A stretch of 64,000 bases of DNA from positions 53,878,001 to 53,942,000 of the forward strand of contig OX597832.1 of NCBI GenBank assembly GCA_951406725.2. The letters are read 5' to 3'. The position numbers were made by a program, and so were the translations under genes. The DNA comes from Octopus vulgaris (lineage: Eukaryota). The notes beneath the pieces were generated by a model that saw only the letters and a list, made by a program, of their open reading frames with translations, did not search any database and was not told where the DNA came from. Shown piece by piece: positions 23,806 through 36,948 of the stretch (position 1 is its first letter; the number at the start of each line of letters is the position of its first letter).

Positions 23806-24784
23806 CTGAAAAGAAAAATAAGAATTACAGTTCAATTGATATATTTCGAACAAAAAAAAAAAATCAGTTTTTATATGGACTAACGATAATTAAATCAATG
23901 AGGTTTATTTTACATATTCAAAAAAAATATTTGCTAAAAAATATTCTAAATAAATCCCTTTTCTTCTCCCTTTTAAGCCTTGAGAATGTGAGTGCATGTG
24001 TGAATCTTTTGATCTGAAAAAAAGCAAGATTATTTTAAAAGTGCAAAACATGATTTTCTTTTTGTCTCCAAATATATTAAACAAAAGTTACTCCAGATTG
24101 TCATCAGTTTTCACAATCCTGTTTCATCAAATTGTTAACCAATTCCTGCCTCAAATTAATATTGGTGACAATTATCGGTAAAAATTGGTTGGTTTAGGAC
24201 TGTGATGACAAACATAACATGTAATGAACTTTGGAAAAAAAAGAGGAAAAAAATACAAATATTAGGTTATAAAAAGCTTATCAATAAATATTGATGTAAA
24301 AGTAAAGTACATGCATACATGTATATAATACTCCAATATTTGGATTATCAAAGAAACGTTTGATATGCTGGACTAAAATCTTTGCCATCATTTATCTAAA
24401 TCTACACCATCTAGTTTGTTAGTTACAATATATCCATTCACATGTGAATATATTTTTGCTTTAACTTAAACTAGATGCATCACATTATCATCTTTTAACA
24501 GGAACCCAATCAACAGTTTACTTTTGACTCTCAACAAGAATGGTTTCAAATATATTAATAATACCCTTCAGAAAAAAAAAAACATGACTGTCACAAGTTT
24601 TTTTGGCATGAATGTGATTTCATGCGTTATTCCAGAAATGATATTAAGTATCTGTAAAAAAACAAACAAACAGAACTGGTATTTCTCAACAGAAAATATT
24701 TCTAAACATGACATTCCTCAACAAAGACAGAAAAGTATAGAAAAACTGCTTTCTGCAATTAAGGGTAATGAAATTTTGAGTAGA

Positions 24785-25275
24785 TACCATAAATCCTTGA
24801 GTATAATACGCAGGGGATTTTTAGGGGGCTGTACCTGTGAAAAACCTAAACCTTGTGTATAATATGCACCCCTTCTCTAACTTGAGTCAAGGAGGTCTAT
24901 ATAACGTCCTTGGTTTGTAAAAATGTATATGGTAACGTCCTTTATTATTATTGTATATATAACATAATGCAAACGTGTAGCATTTTTTTGCATTTTGTTT
25001 GCAGAAAATAAAAAAATAACATTTAATAAATGTTGCTTACTGCAAGTTATGGATAATTCTTTTATGACTTCATTGCTTTCAGGTTTAGCTTAAGGTATTT
25101 TTGCGTCCGACATTACAAAACGCGTCTGAATAAACATTGCTGGACAGCAAATAGGGACTCGGACATTGCTTAGAAAATAATTTTCATTTTTAACCTCATG
25201 TATAATACGCATTAGGGATTTTGACCTCTAAATTTTTGGAAAAAAAATGCGGATTATACTTGAGGATTTACAGTA
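24785..25275. mobile_element. Tc/pogo-like MITE (~490 bp)
   Basis: TIRs TACC(A/G)TAAATCCTTGAGTATA / TATACTTGAGGATTTACAGTA; second copy at 38194-38697. Confidence 0.75.
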
Positions 25276-25389
25276 CATCTGATTTCTGTAGTCGATATCA
25301 ATATCCAGGGCTTCATCACTCCTGAAGGAGGAACCCTTCCACCACTGTTTGTCTCTGGCTAGTTGTAGCCATGTAGGGTCCAGGTAATC

Positions 25390-25480
25390 GGTAAGATCAT
25401 CTGGCCATCTTGTCTTTGGTCAGTCTCTTGAACTTGTCCATTGTCTTGGCGTCCATTCCATCTGTTGACCTTCAGTCAAA
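25390..25480 (-). mobile_element. RTE/BovB-like LINE C-terminal fragment
   Basis: MEWTPRQWTSSRD*PKTRWPDDL resembles the xEWxPRxxKRxRGRPxTRWxDDL motif. Confidence 0.55.
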
Positions 25481-25695
25481 GAGGTAAAGAATAATGGTGA
25501 CAAAAGACAGAAATCAAAAGAATAGCGCTTGGTTGGGCAGCCCTTTGAGAAGGTGGTGAACCTCATGAAAAATTTCAAGGTTTCCATGAAAGTTAAAAAG
25601 AAGGAACTTCGATGAGTACATCCTACTAGTGGTGAAACATGGGCTCTCAACACTACCATCATGAATGCCCTCATTGTAACCCAATCTTAGAAACA

Positions 25696-26050
25696 ATAAC
25701 ACTGAACACCTTTTCGAACTCCACCCGTGAACATATTTACAAAGTCAGAAAACAGCACAGCTCCCATGACTTTAGGAAACATTTTTTCACGCTAAGAGTT
25801 GCTGAAGTATGGAACAAACTGCCGGCATCAGTTGTTAGTTGTCGGAGCACTGCATCCTTCAAAACTTCCATGCTTTCTGAGATTCGCCAACACTACACCT
25901 GATTTTCTCCCCTCCATACACACACAAGCATGTATCTGACTCATACACTGTTCATTTCCCAGACATTTGTACATTACTGCATATACTCTATATGCACTTT
26001 CTGACAAGTTGTGGTGCACCTGAGCACTGTATACAATAATTTCATTATAT
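25696..26050 (+). mobile_element. CR1/L2-group LINE 3' end
   Basis: HIYKVRKQHSSHDFRKHFFTLRVAEVWNKLPASVVSCRSTASFK matches the FFxxRVxxxWNxLP...FK end of ORF2; (ATT)n-like tail. Confidence 0.75.
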
Positions 26051-26299
26051 ATTTAAAATGGGACAATTCATGCTTGGCAGCACATTGCAGGGTAAAAAAA
26101 TTAAACCAATACCTGGGTTTAACAGCACTCGAATTTTCAATGACAACATGAGAACCATCAAGGAGAGCAAATATAGATTTCTGTAGGGAAGGGGATAAAT
26201 ATTTACCCAAATCTTAAATTAATGTAGTACCATTGTACTAGAACTGAAAGAGTCCAACAAAATCCTAATCACATAAATGATAATCAAATACATTCTCGT

Positions 26300-26688
26300 G
26301 CAGGTGTGGCTGTGTGGTAAGTAGTTTGCTAACGAACCACATGGTTCCGGGTTCAGTCCCACTGCGTGGCATCTTGGGCAAGTGTCTTCTACTATAGCCT
26401 CGGGCCAACCAGAGCCTTGTGAGTGGATTTGGTAGACGGGAACTGAAAGAAGCTCATCGTATATATGTATATATATGTTTGTGTGTGTGTTTGTTCCCTC
26501 AACATCACTTGACAACTGATGCCGGTGTGTTTACGTCCCCATAACTTAGCGGTTCAGCAAAAAGGGACCGATAGAATAAGTACAAGGCTTACAAATAATA
26601 AGTCCTGGAGTCAATTTGGTTGACTAAAGGCAGTGCTCCAGCATGGCCGCAGTCAAATGACTGAAACAAGTAAACGAGTAAAAGAGAA
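26300..26688 (+). mobile_element. SINE family A, full-length copy
   Basis: Same consensus. Confidence 0.85.
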
Positions 26689-27371
26689 TCAATGAATTAT
26701 TTTACAGTAAAGTCTTGAAAATTTCTCTAGTGAAAGATGATCCTAGTAAACTCTTGACTTTCCTGCCATGCCCTTCTCCACAAATGATTATAGATAAGCA
26801 TCAGTTTGGTAAGAGTTGAGCACAGAACAAAGAGAAGACCAAGATTAAATACTAAAAACGATTTAGTTGTGTAGCAGTCTACTGCTTCTACCAAACTACT
26901 CTCTTTACTCTTTTACTTATTTCAGTCATTTGACTGTGGCCATGCTGGAGCACCGTCTATGAGCAAATCGACCCCAGGACTTATTCTTTGTAAGCCTAGT
27001 ACTAATTCTATCGGTCTCTTTTGCTGAACTGCTAAGTTACGGGGACGCAAACACACCAGCATCGGCTGTCAAGCGATGTTGGGGGTGGGGTACAAACACA
27101 GACGCACAAACATACACACACATATGGAAAACGATGATGATGATGATGATGATATACGATGGGCTTCTTTCAGTTTCTGTCTACCAAATCCACTCACAAG
27201 GCTTTGGGTGACCTACAAAAAAATTTGCAAATGTTCTAATTATGTTTAATGATGTTTCTGTAGTCTGCTGCAGTTTATTTGCTTCAATTATAATGCCGTA
27301 GCAAATTCTTAATGAACCAAGCCTTTAAACAATTTAAATTACCATTTGGATGGTTTTAACACAATCCTCTG

Positions 27372-27379
27372 ACACAAAC

Positions 27380-27422
<43 letters not shown>

Positions 27423-27601
27423 TTTATATAAACACAAATATGTATACATATATATATATAGATATATATATACACACATATATACATATAATATATATAG
27501 ACACACACACATTTATATATACATACACACACATTTTTATATACATACACACACATTTTTATATACATACACGCATTTTTATATATACATACACACATTT
27601 T

Positions 27602-27640
<39 letters not shown>

Positions 27641-27710
27641 TTATATATACATACACACACACACACATGTATATATACATACACACACACATTTATATAT
27701 ACATATATAT
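27372..27710. repeat. Compound (TA)n/(CA)n microsatellite
   Basis: Read directly. Confidence 0.9.
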
Positions 27711-27990
27711 GAGAGAGGGAGAGGGACGGAAAGGTTAAGAGTGTGCATTATTATTATTAAGATAAAACTTACTTGGAAGAGGATGCGTGGCGTTCCATCA
27801 TATAATAACAAAATAATAAATAAAACATATGCATATATATATATATATAAGGTTCAGGTATTGCTGGGTTGTTAAGAAGATTGCTTCCCAACCATATGGT
27901 CTTGGGTTCAGTCCCATTGTACAGTAATTTGGGCGAGTGTCTTCTACTATAGTCCCAAGACAACTAAAGCCTATTATCTTTTTTTACATA

Positions 27991-28470
27991 TTAACCCTTT
28001 CATTACCAACCTGGCTGAAACCGGCTCTAGCTCTGAGTACAAATGTCTTGTTTCCAAAAGTTTTGAATTAAAATTTTCCACCAAACCTTAGTCACAATTT
28101 ATGTTCCTAACACTAGCTTAATGATAACTAAGTTATTTTACTAAATTCTTTGTTATATTTAAATTAATTGAAAGAAACACAGAGCATCTCAACAGAAATA
28201 TGGTAACAAAATGGTTAAAATATATAATAGAGAAACAATTCTTAACCCTTTCGATACCAACCCGGCTGAAACCGGCTCTACCTCTGAGTACAAATGTCTT
28301 GTTTCCAAAAGTTTTGAATTAAAATCTTCCACCAAACCTTAGTCACAATTTATGTTCCTAACACTAGCTGAATGACAACTGAGCTATTTTACTAAATTCT
28401 TTGTTATATTTAAAATTAATTGAAAGAAACCCAGAGCATCTCAAAATAAATACAGTAACGAAAGGGTTAA
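27991..28470. mobile_element. Two adjacent piggyBac-like MITEs (~228 bp, family P1)
   Basis: TTAA-CCCTTTC...GAAAGGG-TTAA ends; further copies at 36077-36301, 61906-62135, and degraded ones at ~15445-15797 and ~17630-17810. Confidence 0.75.
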
Positions 28471-29877
28471 CTTGTGTTGGTTGAACTATGTAAAATGTTA
28501 GAGAAAGAAACCTGGCTGTTTCTTGCAATACATGCCAATATATATATCTAAAGGAAAATTTTTTCAGGGGCCCTTAAGACACTATTGTGGATCCCCAATT
28601 TACTATTTTGCCATGTGGACCCCACAAAATCTTATAAGGATCCTCAGGGGTTACATGGACTCCGACTGAGAACCAGTGTTCTAAGCTGTTTTTACAACTA
28701 TTCCATGTTTGAGATTTACTTTATTTTCTTTAAAATACCACTTGGCACTTCTAAGTTTGTTTGTAAAAAATATTCTCGTATAAAAAATTAATTTGGAAAA
28801 AATCTTATTAAAAGACAAACTTCATTCAGTTGGAACTGATTGTAATTAAAAAATGGAATTACAAATTGTAGGCTGTTGGGAAAAAAAAAATGAAATCAAA
28901 TGAATTGAGTGATGCTAAAGAAATCTTAGAATCTAAAATTTTTCCAAAAATATTCCTGAAATAATCAGAAGAAATTGAAATTATAATTGAAAGTAGTTTT
29001 TCATCAAATTATTCAAGGTATAACCACAGTTTTCTCTCATCTCTGAGATGAAGCAATCAAATTATATAATTAATTAAGAATCAGAAACATTCATATTATT
29101 TATTACGAAGAAGGTAAGGTGTTTAAGTCTACAAAACTATCATGCAAACAACATATATAAAACATTTGACTTGGTGGAGATGTAGTGGTGGTGGTGGTGG
29201 TAGCGGTAGTGGCAAAGAAAATTAAAAAGCATAAAAAATAAAATGTACAAAAACATTTGATGAAATAAGTTTTAGGTGGATCAAATATGAATTGGATCAC
29301 AAGAAATCTACCAAATACAGAATTAAATGTCTAAACTGAAATATGTATTGGTAAGGGAATAATTAATACCGTCAGGAAATTCCAATTAAATAAGATTCAA
29401 ATACCTTTTTTCTGGAACAAAAAAAGAAGAATCTATTGCCATTATTAAAAAAAATGAGTAAAATCTGAAAGTTTTCTAGGAAAATTTTTCTTGGATTTAA
29501 TTTAAGAAAAAAGAAAGAAAAAAGAAACCACACTTGATTTTAAAACTTCATCTATGTTAAAAATTATATTCATGCTAAGTATTGGGAAAATGGAAATGAT
29601 TTAAGTTAATATTTTTCATAAAAGATAATTAGTGTTAATTAAAGTCAAACTATTTAACTTGTTCTTCACTAGTCTGTGTAATTGAATCTGCTTATGGGAT
29701 CAAAGTGAACGTAGTCTGGTTACAAACTTTGGTGCTTAACTCTTAGGATACAACAGGGACAATCTATTGGCCGAACGACTGATCCAATCCATCAGCCCAA
29801 TAATACAAGCCTTGAGATTAATTGGTTGGTCTTCTTACATCTACTGGTTTTCAAAAATAGAAATATTATTACTTCTA

Positions 29878-30345
29878 AGTCTCTCTAAAGGAGACTACGG
29901 CAGTGGTGCTGGATATTAACAATTATCGCCAAGTTATAATGGACACAGGTTCATGTGTCACATAGCTAGCTAGAGGCGATGGCCTCTTGGAGCTAATCAA
30001 CAGCAGCATTTGTCCTATATTTCTGGACTGCCATATTAGCTTGGCAATAACTATTAATGTCCAGTACCTATTTCTTTACTACCCACAAGGGGCTTAACAC
30101 AAAGAGAACAAACAAGGTCAGACAAACGGATTAAGTCGATTTTATCGACCCCAGTGCGTAACTGGTACTTATTTAATCGACCCCGAATGGATGAAAGGCA
30201 AAGTCGACCTCGGCGGAATTTGAACTCAGAACGTAGTGGCAGACAAAATACCGCTAAGCATTTCACCCGGCGTGCTAACGATTCTGCCAGCTTGCCGCCT
30301 TTGATTAATATCCAATTCCACTGACCGTAGTCTCCTTTAGAGAAA
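29878..30345. mobile_element. Palindromic MITE interrupted by a family B SINE (30068-30300)
   Basis: TIRs CTCTAAAGGAGACTACGG-CAGTGG / CCACTGACCGTAGTCTCCTTTAGAG. Confidence 0.6.
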
Positions 30346-30648
30346 CTCAGGAATTTTAATATTTCTAAATTTCATAAGTTTTCCATGAATAACATTAAAT
30401 ATCTACCAAAAAATAAGAATTGGTATTTTTTGCAAGTTACATTTGTCTTAATGTATCTCAATAGAAAATAGTTTCAAACATGACACTCCTCAACAAAACA
30501 TAGATTTGCTATAAAAAAAACCCTGCTTTCTGCAATTAATCCTTTCATATTTAAACCGGCCAAATCTGCTCAAAATAGTTTGTGTTTTATATTCAAAGCA
30601 ACCAGATTGGATCTCTCACACCTACTCTACAATGTCATTTGGAAAATA

Positions 30649-31132
30649 TATTAGGTTGCCCAGAAAGTTTGTGCCGATTTTTAAAGGAAAGAAAAAGGTC
30701 AATAAATATTTGCCATTACATTTTTAATCAATCAAATATGAACCATTTTGTTGCACAATGCATCTCCATCTTTCCTTTAACCATTTTTACCATTAAGAAT
30801 ATTCTGCAGAGACCTGAATAAGTGGAAATCCGAAGGAGCAATATCTGGTGAATACGGAGGGTGGGGTAACACATCCCAGCCGAGCTGCAGCAATTTTTGT
30901 CTGGTTCCCAAAGCATCAAGTGCCAAAAATGAACTTTCTTATCTTCCATTTTAAATGTTACAGAATTAACACAGGTTATAAGAACATAAACCTTCTTCCA
31001 CGAAAAGATAGCTTAAACTGTGCTCTGAATGGAGGTGTAGTCAAATCCTATTTTATGAACTCAACCATGTTCTAAAATAAGTCGAAAGGTAAGCTGGTAT
31101 AAATCGGCATGAACTTTCCGGACAACCCAATA
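30649..31132 (-). mobile_element. Second copy of the deleted mariner, inserted into a piggyBac-like MITE
   Basis: Same TIRs and internal junction; MITE halves at ~30537-30648 and 31133-31242. Confidence 0.85.
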
Positions 31133-31744
31133 CAATCACATCATCAAAATCTCAAAAGGTACAGCATAATGCCTGATTAATTCAAAACAATGTCAATAAA
31201 TAAGAATTCTAATACAATTTAATCTAAATGCTAAAGGGTTAAGGCTAATAAGATTTTGAGTGGCTATATCTGATTTTTGAAGTAAATAGGGACAATGAAG
31301 ACAAAACAGATTTAAGGGCTTGGTTTCACAGTAACACGAAAACAATAGTTTATGTGAGTTAGAGCTACAAATATGATTAATAAATAATTCAAGATATCTA
31401 ATGGTGGTGTGAGAGAAAAGTGACTTCAAAAATTATCAACAACAAACATCATCCCTTCTGATAAAGGTCTGTTGTTTAATACTATTGTAGTTCTTTTATC
31501 TCTGTATAAATACTTTAAAGTGACACATCCACAAAACCTGTTCTATGTGTCATCCTTCTCACTAGAAAACAAGAAGAATACAGCAAATGCTTACACTGAA
31601 AAGAGCACTTTTCAAATTCAATAACTGAAGAACTTAAAAAAAAAAATTAGATGTCTACAAGTTTTACTTCTGCTCCTGATTAACAATTTGGTTTAAATTA
31701 TTGCTTTTACATTATTTACATTTGTCCTCATCATGTTTGTTGTT

Positions 31745-31790
31745 AACACAACGTTTCGGCTGATATACTCTCTAGCTTTCATCAGGTGTC
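31745..31790 (-). ncRNA. Minimal type I hammerhead motif in a second (truncated, ~31709-31800) copy of the 9.6-kb Penelope family
   Basis: acac-CTGATGA-a-agcta[..]cagcc-GAAAC-GTT-gtgt; core intact, palindromic AACGTT, stem II has mismatches. Confidence 0.65.
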
Positions 31791-32329
31791 TTGGGGAAAT
31801 AAGATATCTCGTTATCACAGTGTGTTAAAATGAATATTAATTAAATATTTAATAATAATAAAAATAACAACAGCCAACAACATCTTGTTTGTTTGTGAGG
31901 GGAATCAGTCTGTAATTGAGATTTGTATAAAATAACTTTCTACAAAACCGATACAACATGCACAAAATTAAGCCACGGCTGAAATAAATAGCACGCTCTA
32001 TAGACTAAGTGAAAATGATAACACAAACTACACTAATCAACAAAGTGATTTACATACATTAGCTTGGATTTCCAGATTAGGTAATCGATCTGATTGCTGT
32101 TTGGAGAAAGAAAGTATATACAGTTTATTCTGATGGCAACCAAAAATGCATGTAAAATTGGTTCAGTGTCCAGGAGCATGCAGGAGAATATTTTGGTCGT
32201 CTTTGTATATAATTTAAAACATCTCTGGTCAAGTGAGTCTCTTAGTAGGGTTATGGGATACTGTGCTTGTTCATGTAAGTCATTACAAAAGAAAAAAAAA
32301 ATACAGCAGTTGATTGCATCTCTAGCACA

Positions 32330-32475
<146 letters not shown>

Positions 32476-32712
32476 AATTTATATTTAATGTAGGATAAAA
32501 TTTTTTCGAAAAAAAATGTTATCAACGGCCAGCATATTAAAAAATACCTTTAAAGGTTAGAATTATAAACAACTTATAAATAAGGGCAAACGAAAAAATT
32601 TCTAATGCCAAATATGCCGAAAATTGGACATATTGTCCATTACCATATAATTTTTCACAATACGCATGCTACTCGAAAAAAAGCCGACAGAAATTTCTAA
32701 AAAATTCCATTA

Positions 32713-32781
32713 TTACCACATCGGACCAATTTCAGGGTTAGTTCGTAAGAACCCTCCCTTCGTCAGTGATAAATGTGGTAA
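32713..32781 (-). ncRNA. Degenerate type I hammerhead motif (third sequence family)
   Basis: ttaccacat-ttatca-CTGACGA-aggg[agggttcttacgaactaa]ccct-GAAA-ttgg-TC-cg-atgtggtaa. Confidence 0.55.
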
Positions 32782-33405
32782 AGAAATAAATGAGATACTT
32801 ATAAGTTGTATATACACATATATATACAAATACACACAACTACATATGAAAATTCAATGATTTTTCGGTTTGGATTTTAATGAAAATTTATTATGACAGT
32901 AAAATATTTTAATTAATGTATTTTTAAATATACTCTTTGCCTCATACAACTTCCTGTTAATTTCTAGGTCCTGGAACCTTGAAAAATTGAAAAATGCTCA
33001 TTATTTTATTAATACAAAAAAGTAACTTTCGACCATTTACAGAATGGAAACACACACATTCATTCTCTCAAAATATACATCCATATATTTCTCTCTCTCA
33101 CACACACTTATGAATAAATTGTAAATAAGTTCCCATTTATGAATTTGATACACAGAGTCTATGATTAAACCATTTGCTTTCTTTCTCTAGGGTCAAATCT
33201 GAGAATAGCTCAAATGTTTTCAACTGGACATTGCCATCACAACAGGATTATGAATTCATATTTGTCCTACAAAAAAGGAGGAAGCAGTCATGGACTATTT
33301 ATAAAAAAATACTCAAGTAACAGTTGCTGATTTTACTAATTTGCATATAAGCACATTTACTTGCAGAACATACAGGAAAAATAAAATATAAAAGACTACA
33401 CTTAC

Positions 33406-33512
33406 CTGAGTTATTTTCGGTATGAAGAACATAATGAGCGATCCTAAAATGGGGGTGGTGCCAGCGATATGAAATGCAATGTTGTAATTCCTCATTTTAT
33501 CATATAAAAAGC
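33406..33512 (-). CDS. SLC16A10: SLC16A10-like coding exon (GFLYDKMRNYNIAFHIAGTTPILGSLIMFFIPKITQ)
   Basis: CTTCAG acceptor at 33514-33513; GTAAGT donor starting 33405; last TM helix of the MCT fold. Confidence 0.9.
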
Positions 33513-33777
33513 CTGAAGACAGAGGAAAATAAGCGGTTAATTATTCTAGAAAGTTTGTTAAGTTGCAGAATTGCATTTAAGAAAATAATGTCCCCACCTT
33601 CTCCATGTCAACTAATTATATTCTTCAAACGTCCCAAATCATCTTCAAACTGTTACACTTTATGATCAATAAATACCAAGTCTTTCGTCAGAAAAATATC
33701 TGATGAATGATCATAATCTTTTTCTACTCTAGGCACAAGGCCCAAAATTTTTGGGGAGGAGGCCAGTCGATTAGATT

Positions 33778-33829
<52 letters not shown>

Positions 33830-33830
<1 letters not shown>

Positions 33831-34265
33831 TTGAGGCAAGTGAAAATCAAAATCGATCAACATCAATGGAAATTGTGGCTGTGATACCAGTGCCGGTGGC
33901 ACATAAGAGAACCATCCGAACGTGGCCGTTGCCAGCGCCACCCCGACTGGCCTCCGTGCCGATGGCATGTAAAAAGCAACCGTCTGATTGTGGCCATTGC
34001 CAGTCTCATCTAGACCCCGTGCCAGTGACATGTAAAAAGCACCATCCGATCGTGGCCATTTGCCAGCCTCGTCTGGCACCTGTGCAGGTGGCATGTAAAA
34101 AGCACCCACTACACTCACGGAGTGGTTGGCGTTAGGAAGGGCATCCAGCTGTAGAAACACTGCCAGATCAGACTGGGCCTGGCGCAGCCTACTGGCTTCC
34201 CAGACCCCAGTTGAACCGTCCAATCCAAGCTAGCATGGAAAACAGATGTTAAACGATGATGATGA

Positions 34266-34268
<3 letters not shown>
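33830..34268 (+). mobile_element. RTE-related family C 3' UTR copy
   Basis: Internal tandem repeats; GGTTGGCGTTAGGAAGGGCATCCAGC; (GAT)n tail. Confidence 0.75.
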
Positions 34269-34296
<28 letters not shown>

Positions 34297-34453
34297 CTAG
34301 CAGTATCGCCCGGCGTTGCTCAGGTTTGTAAGGGAAATAACTCAAAAGTGCTAATATATGATATAAGTTTATATGATGTATAAAAAGATGTAATATACAA
34401 ATAAATATCTGTAAATAAACGCACAGACAAACTGCCGTTTATATAGAGAGAGA
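34297..34453 (-). mobile_element. Short non-autonomous Helitron with a captured flanking segment
   Basis: On -: A|TC start, subterminal hairpin CCTGAGCAACGCCGGG, CTAG|T end; 3' end shared with 62985-63380. Confidence 0.65.
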
Positions 34454-34675
34454 TAAGTCAATAACACTATAAAATGGTCAAAAATTTTTCCACAGGAACT
34501 TAGTTCAATTTGAAAAATCCACCAGAATGGACAAAAGTGCTAATATATGATATAAGTTTATATGATGTATAAAAAGATGTAATATACAAATAAATATCTG
34601 TAAATATAAAACCATCCGAATTTCTGAGTACCTCATTTCTTCTAATATAAAATACCTGTACATCATCTCCAAACC

Positions 34676-34719
<44 letters not shown>

Positions 34720-35700
34720 TCTTTTCTTTTTTTGTTTTTGGCAATAAGTTGGTGTTTGCCAAATACTTTAACCACACAGTCACAGTAAAATTGCATAATT
34801 CTCTTTCTATTTTACTAAAATACATATTTTTGTTGTATAGCCATAGATTAACTCTGATCAAGCAGACCTATGATCAAAGGCAATCCATCTGTGACCATTC
34901 CAGTTATTTTTTCAGGCAGTGTTTTACATTATCCAATCTGTTGTCTTTTTATTTCTAACAGTAAAGCATCGAGGGAGATTTGGTTGCTATTTCCTGTAGG
35001 TCAAGTGACCACATAGAGGTTGTTAACTTTACCATCATCATCATCATCGTTTAACGTCTGCTTTCCATGCTAGCATGGGTTGGACGATTTTGACTGAGGG
35101 CTGGTGAACCAGATGGCTGCACCAGGCTCCAATCTTGATCTGGCAGAGTTTCTACAGCTGGATGCCCTTCCTAATGCCAACCACTCCAAGAGTGTAGTGG
35201 GTGCTTTTTACATGCCACCAGCATGGGGCCAGTCAGGTGGTACTGGCAATGACCTCGCTCAAATCTTTTTACACGTGCCAGTGAAGCGATGTTGGTAACG
35301 ATCACGCTCGAATGGTGCCCTTTTACGTGCCATGGGTAAGAAGCCAGTTGGCTGCTCTGGCAATGATCATGCTCAGATGGTGCTCTTTACCATATTTCAT
35401 TTAATATAGAAATAGAGAACACTAAGGGCAACAGTAACATTAAAAATGAGGAGACAGAGCAATGCAGAGAATAAATGGTTGACATGATCAGATGATAAAA
35501 ACAGAGGTTTGTTAAATGATTTATTCCAAGGCTTTCAAATGGCTTTGTAGCAGGAATATCTGGCAGTCTCAAACACCAAGTCACTGCCTAGAAATTGAAT
35601 CTGGATCACTATCTGATGCAAAAACAACACAGACATGATTTACTAAATTATTGAGGACAACAGCAAAAACCCCTTAAACTTCTTGCAAAACAGGATCTCA

Positions 35701-35928
35701 TAAACCCTTTAGTATTTAAACCGGCCATTTCCGGCCCAAATATTCTACTTGTTTTATGTTCAGGCTGGCCATATTCAGCCTTTCACACCTACCCTACAAT
35801 GTCATTCTAAAAATAAGCAACCACATCATCAAAATCTTAAAGCTACAAGATAATGCATGATTACTTCAAAACAGTGGGAATCAAAAAGCATTAAATTTGA
35901 TGGAGTACTCTGAATATTAAAGGGTTAA
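35701..35928. mobile_element. piggyBac-like MITE family P2
   Basis: CCCTTTAG...TAAAGGG-TTAA ends; further copies at ~9218-9441, 16810-17028, 30537-31242 (split) and 46610-47312 (split). Confidence 0.72.
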
Positions 35929-36391
35929 CAATTAGATATTTTGGTGCTGTTTTCTCTTTGAAAGAAATAGCTATAAATAAAACTGTCTCTCTGCTATCTG
36001 CCAGTAGTGGTGCACACTTTAAATCAGTCAGCTGTGAGTAGTGTCTACAAGTCAACCAAGAAACACACAATGACAGTTAAACCTTTCGTTACCATATTTA
36101 TTTTGAGATGCTCTGTGTTTCATTCAATTAATTTTAAATATAACAAAGAATTTAATAAAAGAACTTAGTTATCATTAAGCTAGTGTTGGGAACATAAATT
36201 GTGACTAAGGTTTGGTGGAAGATTTTAATTCAAAACTTATGAAAACAAGACATTTGTACTACAGAGCTGTGGTTTTGGCTGAGTTGGTATCAAAAGGGTT
36301 AATATTATTGCTGATCCAACAGTGTCTTATAAAAAAACTTTGACCTGTCTAACTCAGTTTAGACATCTTTTTTGTTGATGGTAGGAACAAC

Positions 36392-36746
36392 AATACATTG
36401 TTTTTTTCGTTTTTGGATTTGGTTTGCAAGATTCCTTATACGAGTTCGTGTGTTGAAGCATATTCTGTTGTGTCTGGGGAGAGTCATTCTCTTTTAGTAC
36501 CTTATTATTTAACACACTCACCGGTAAAATTTCCACTTATTTCATCTTTTTATTTTCCTAAAATTTTCATTGCATCTTGTAACCTTTTCAAAGAGAGTCA
36601 AGATTATTGAAAAGGTTGCAAGATGCAACGAAAATTTTAGGAAAATAAAAAGACGAAATAAATGGAAATTTTACCGGTGAGTGTGTTAAATAATAAGGTA
36701 CTAAAAGAGAATGACTCTCCCCAGACACAACAGAATACATTGTTTT
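36392..36746. mobile_element. Asymmetric palindromic insertion (131-bp arms plus ~60-bp tail), probable inverted PLE remnant
   Basis: Arms 36461-36591 and 36607-36737; direct repeats AATACATTGTTTT at 36392 and 36734. Confidence 0.6.
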
Positions 36747-36948
36747 GTTTAATGATAAAAATAAATATTTTTGCATTTAAAATCTCAAATGAAACTCAGG
36801 TTCTTGCATTCATCAACATCAAAACAACTCGATACCAAATTGCTTTGCTGTTGACAACCCAAATCAGTGAACATCTTATTGTTACACGTTAAACATTTTT
36901 TCATAGAATGAAAATTCAAAACTGAGATAAAATTAGATGTCAACTTAC

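Noticed and set aside
33684-33707. Small hairpin containing CTGATGA and TCGTCAG
   Set aside because: No stem II or GAAA in hammerhead geometry on either strand.
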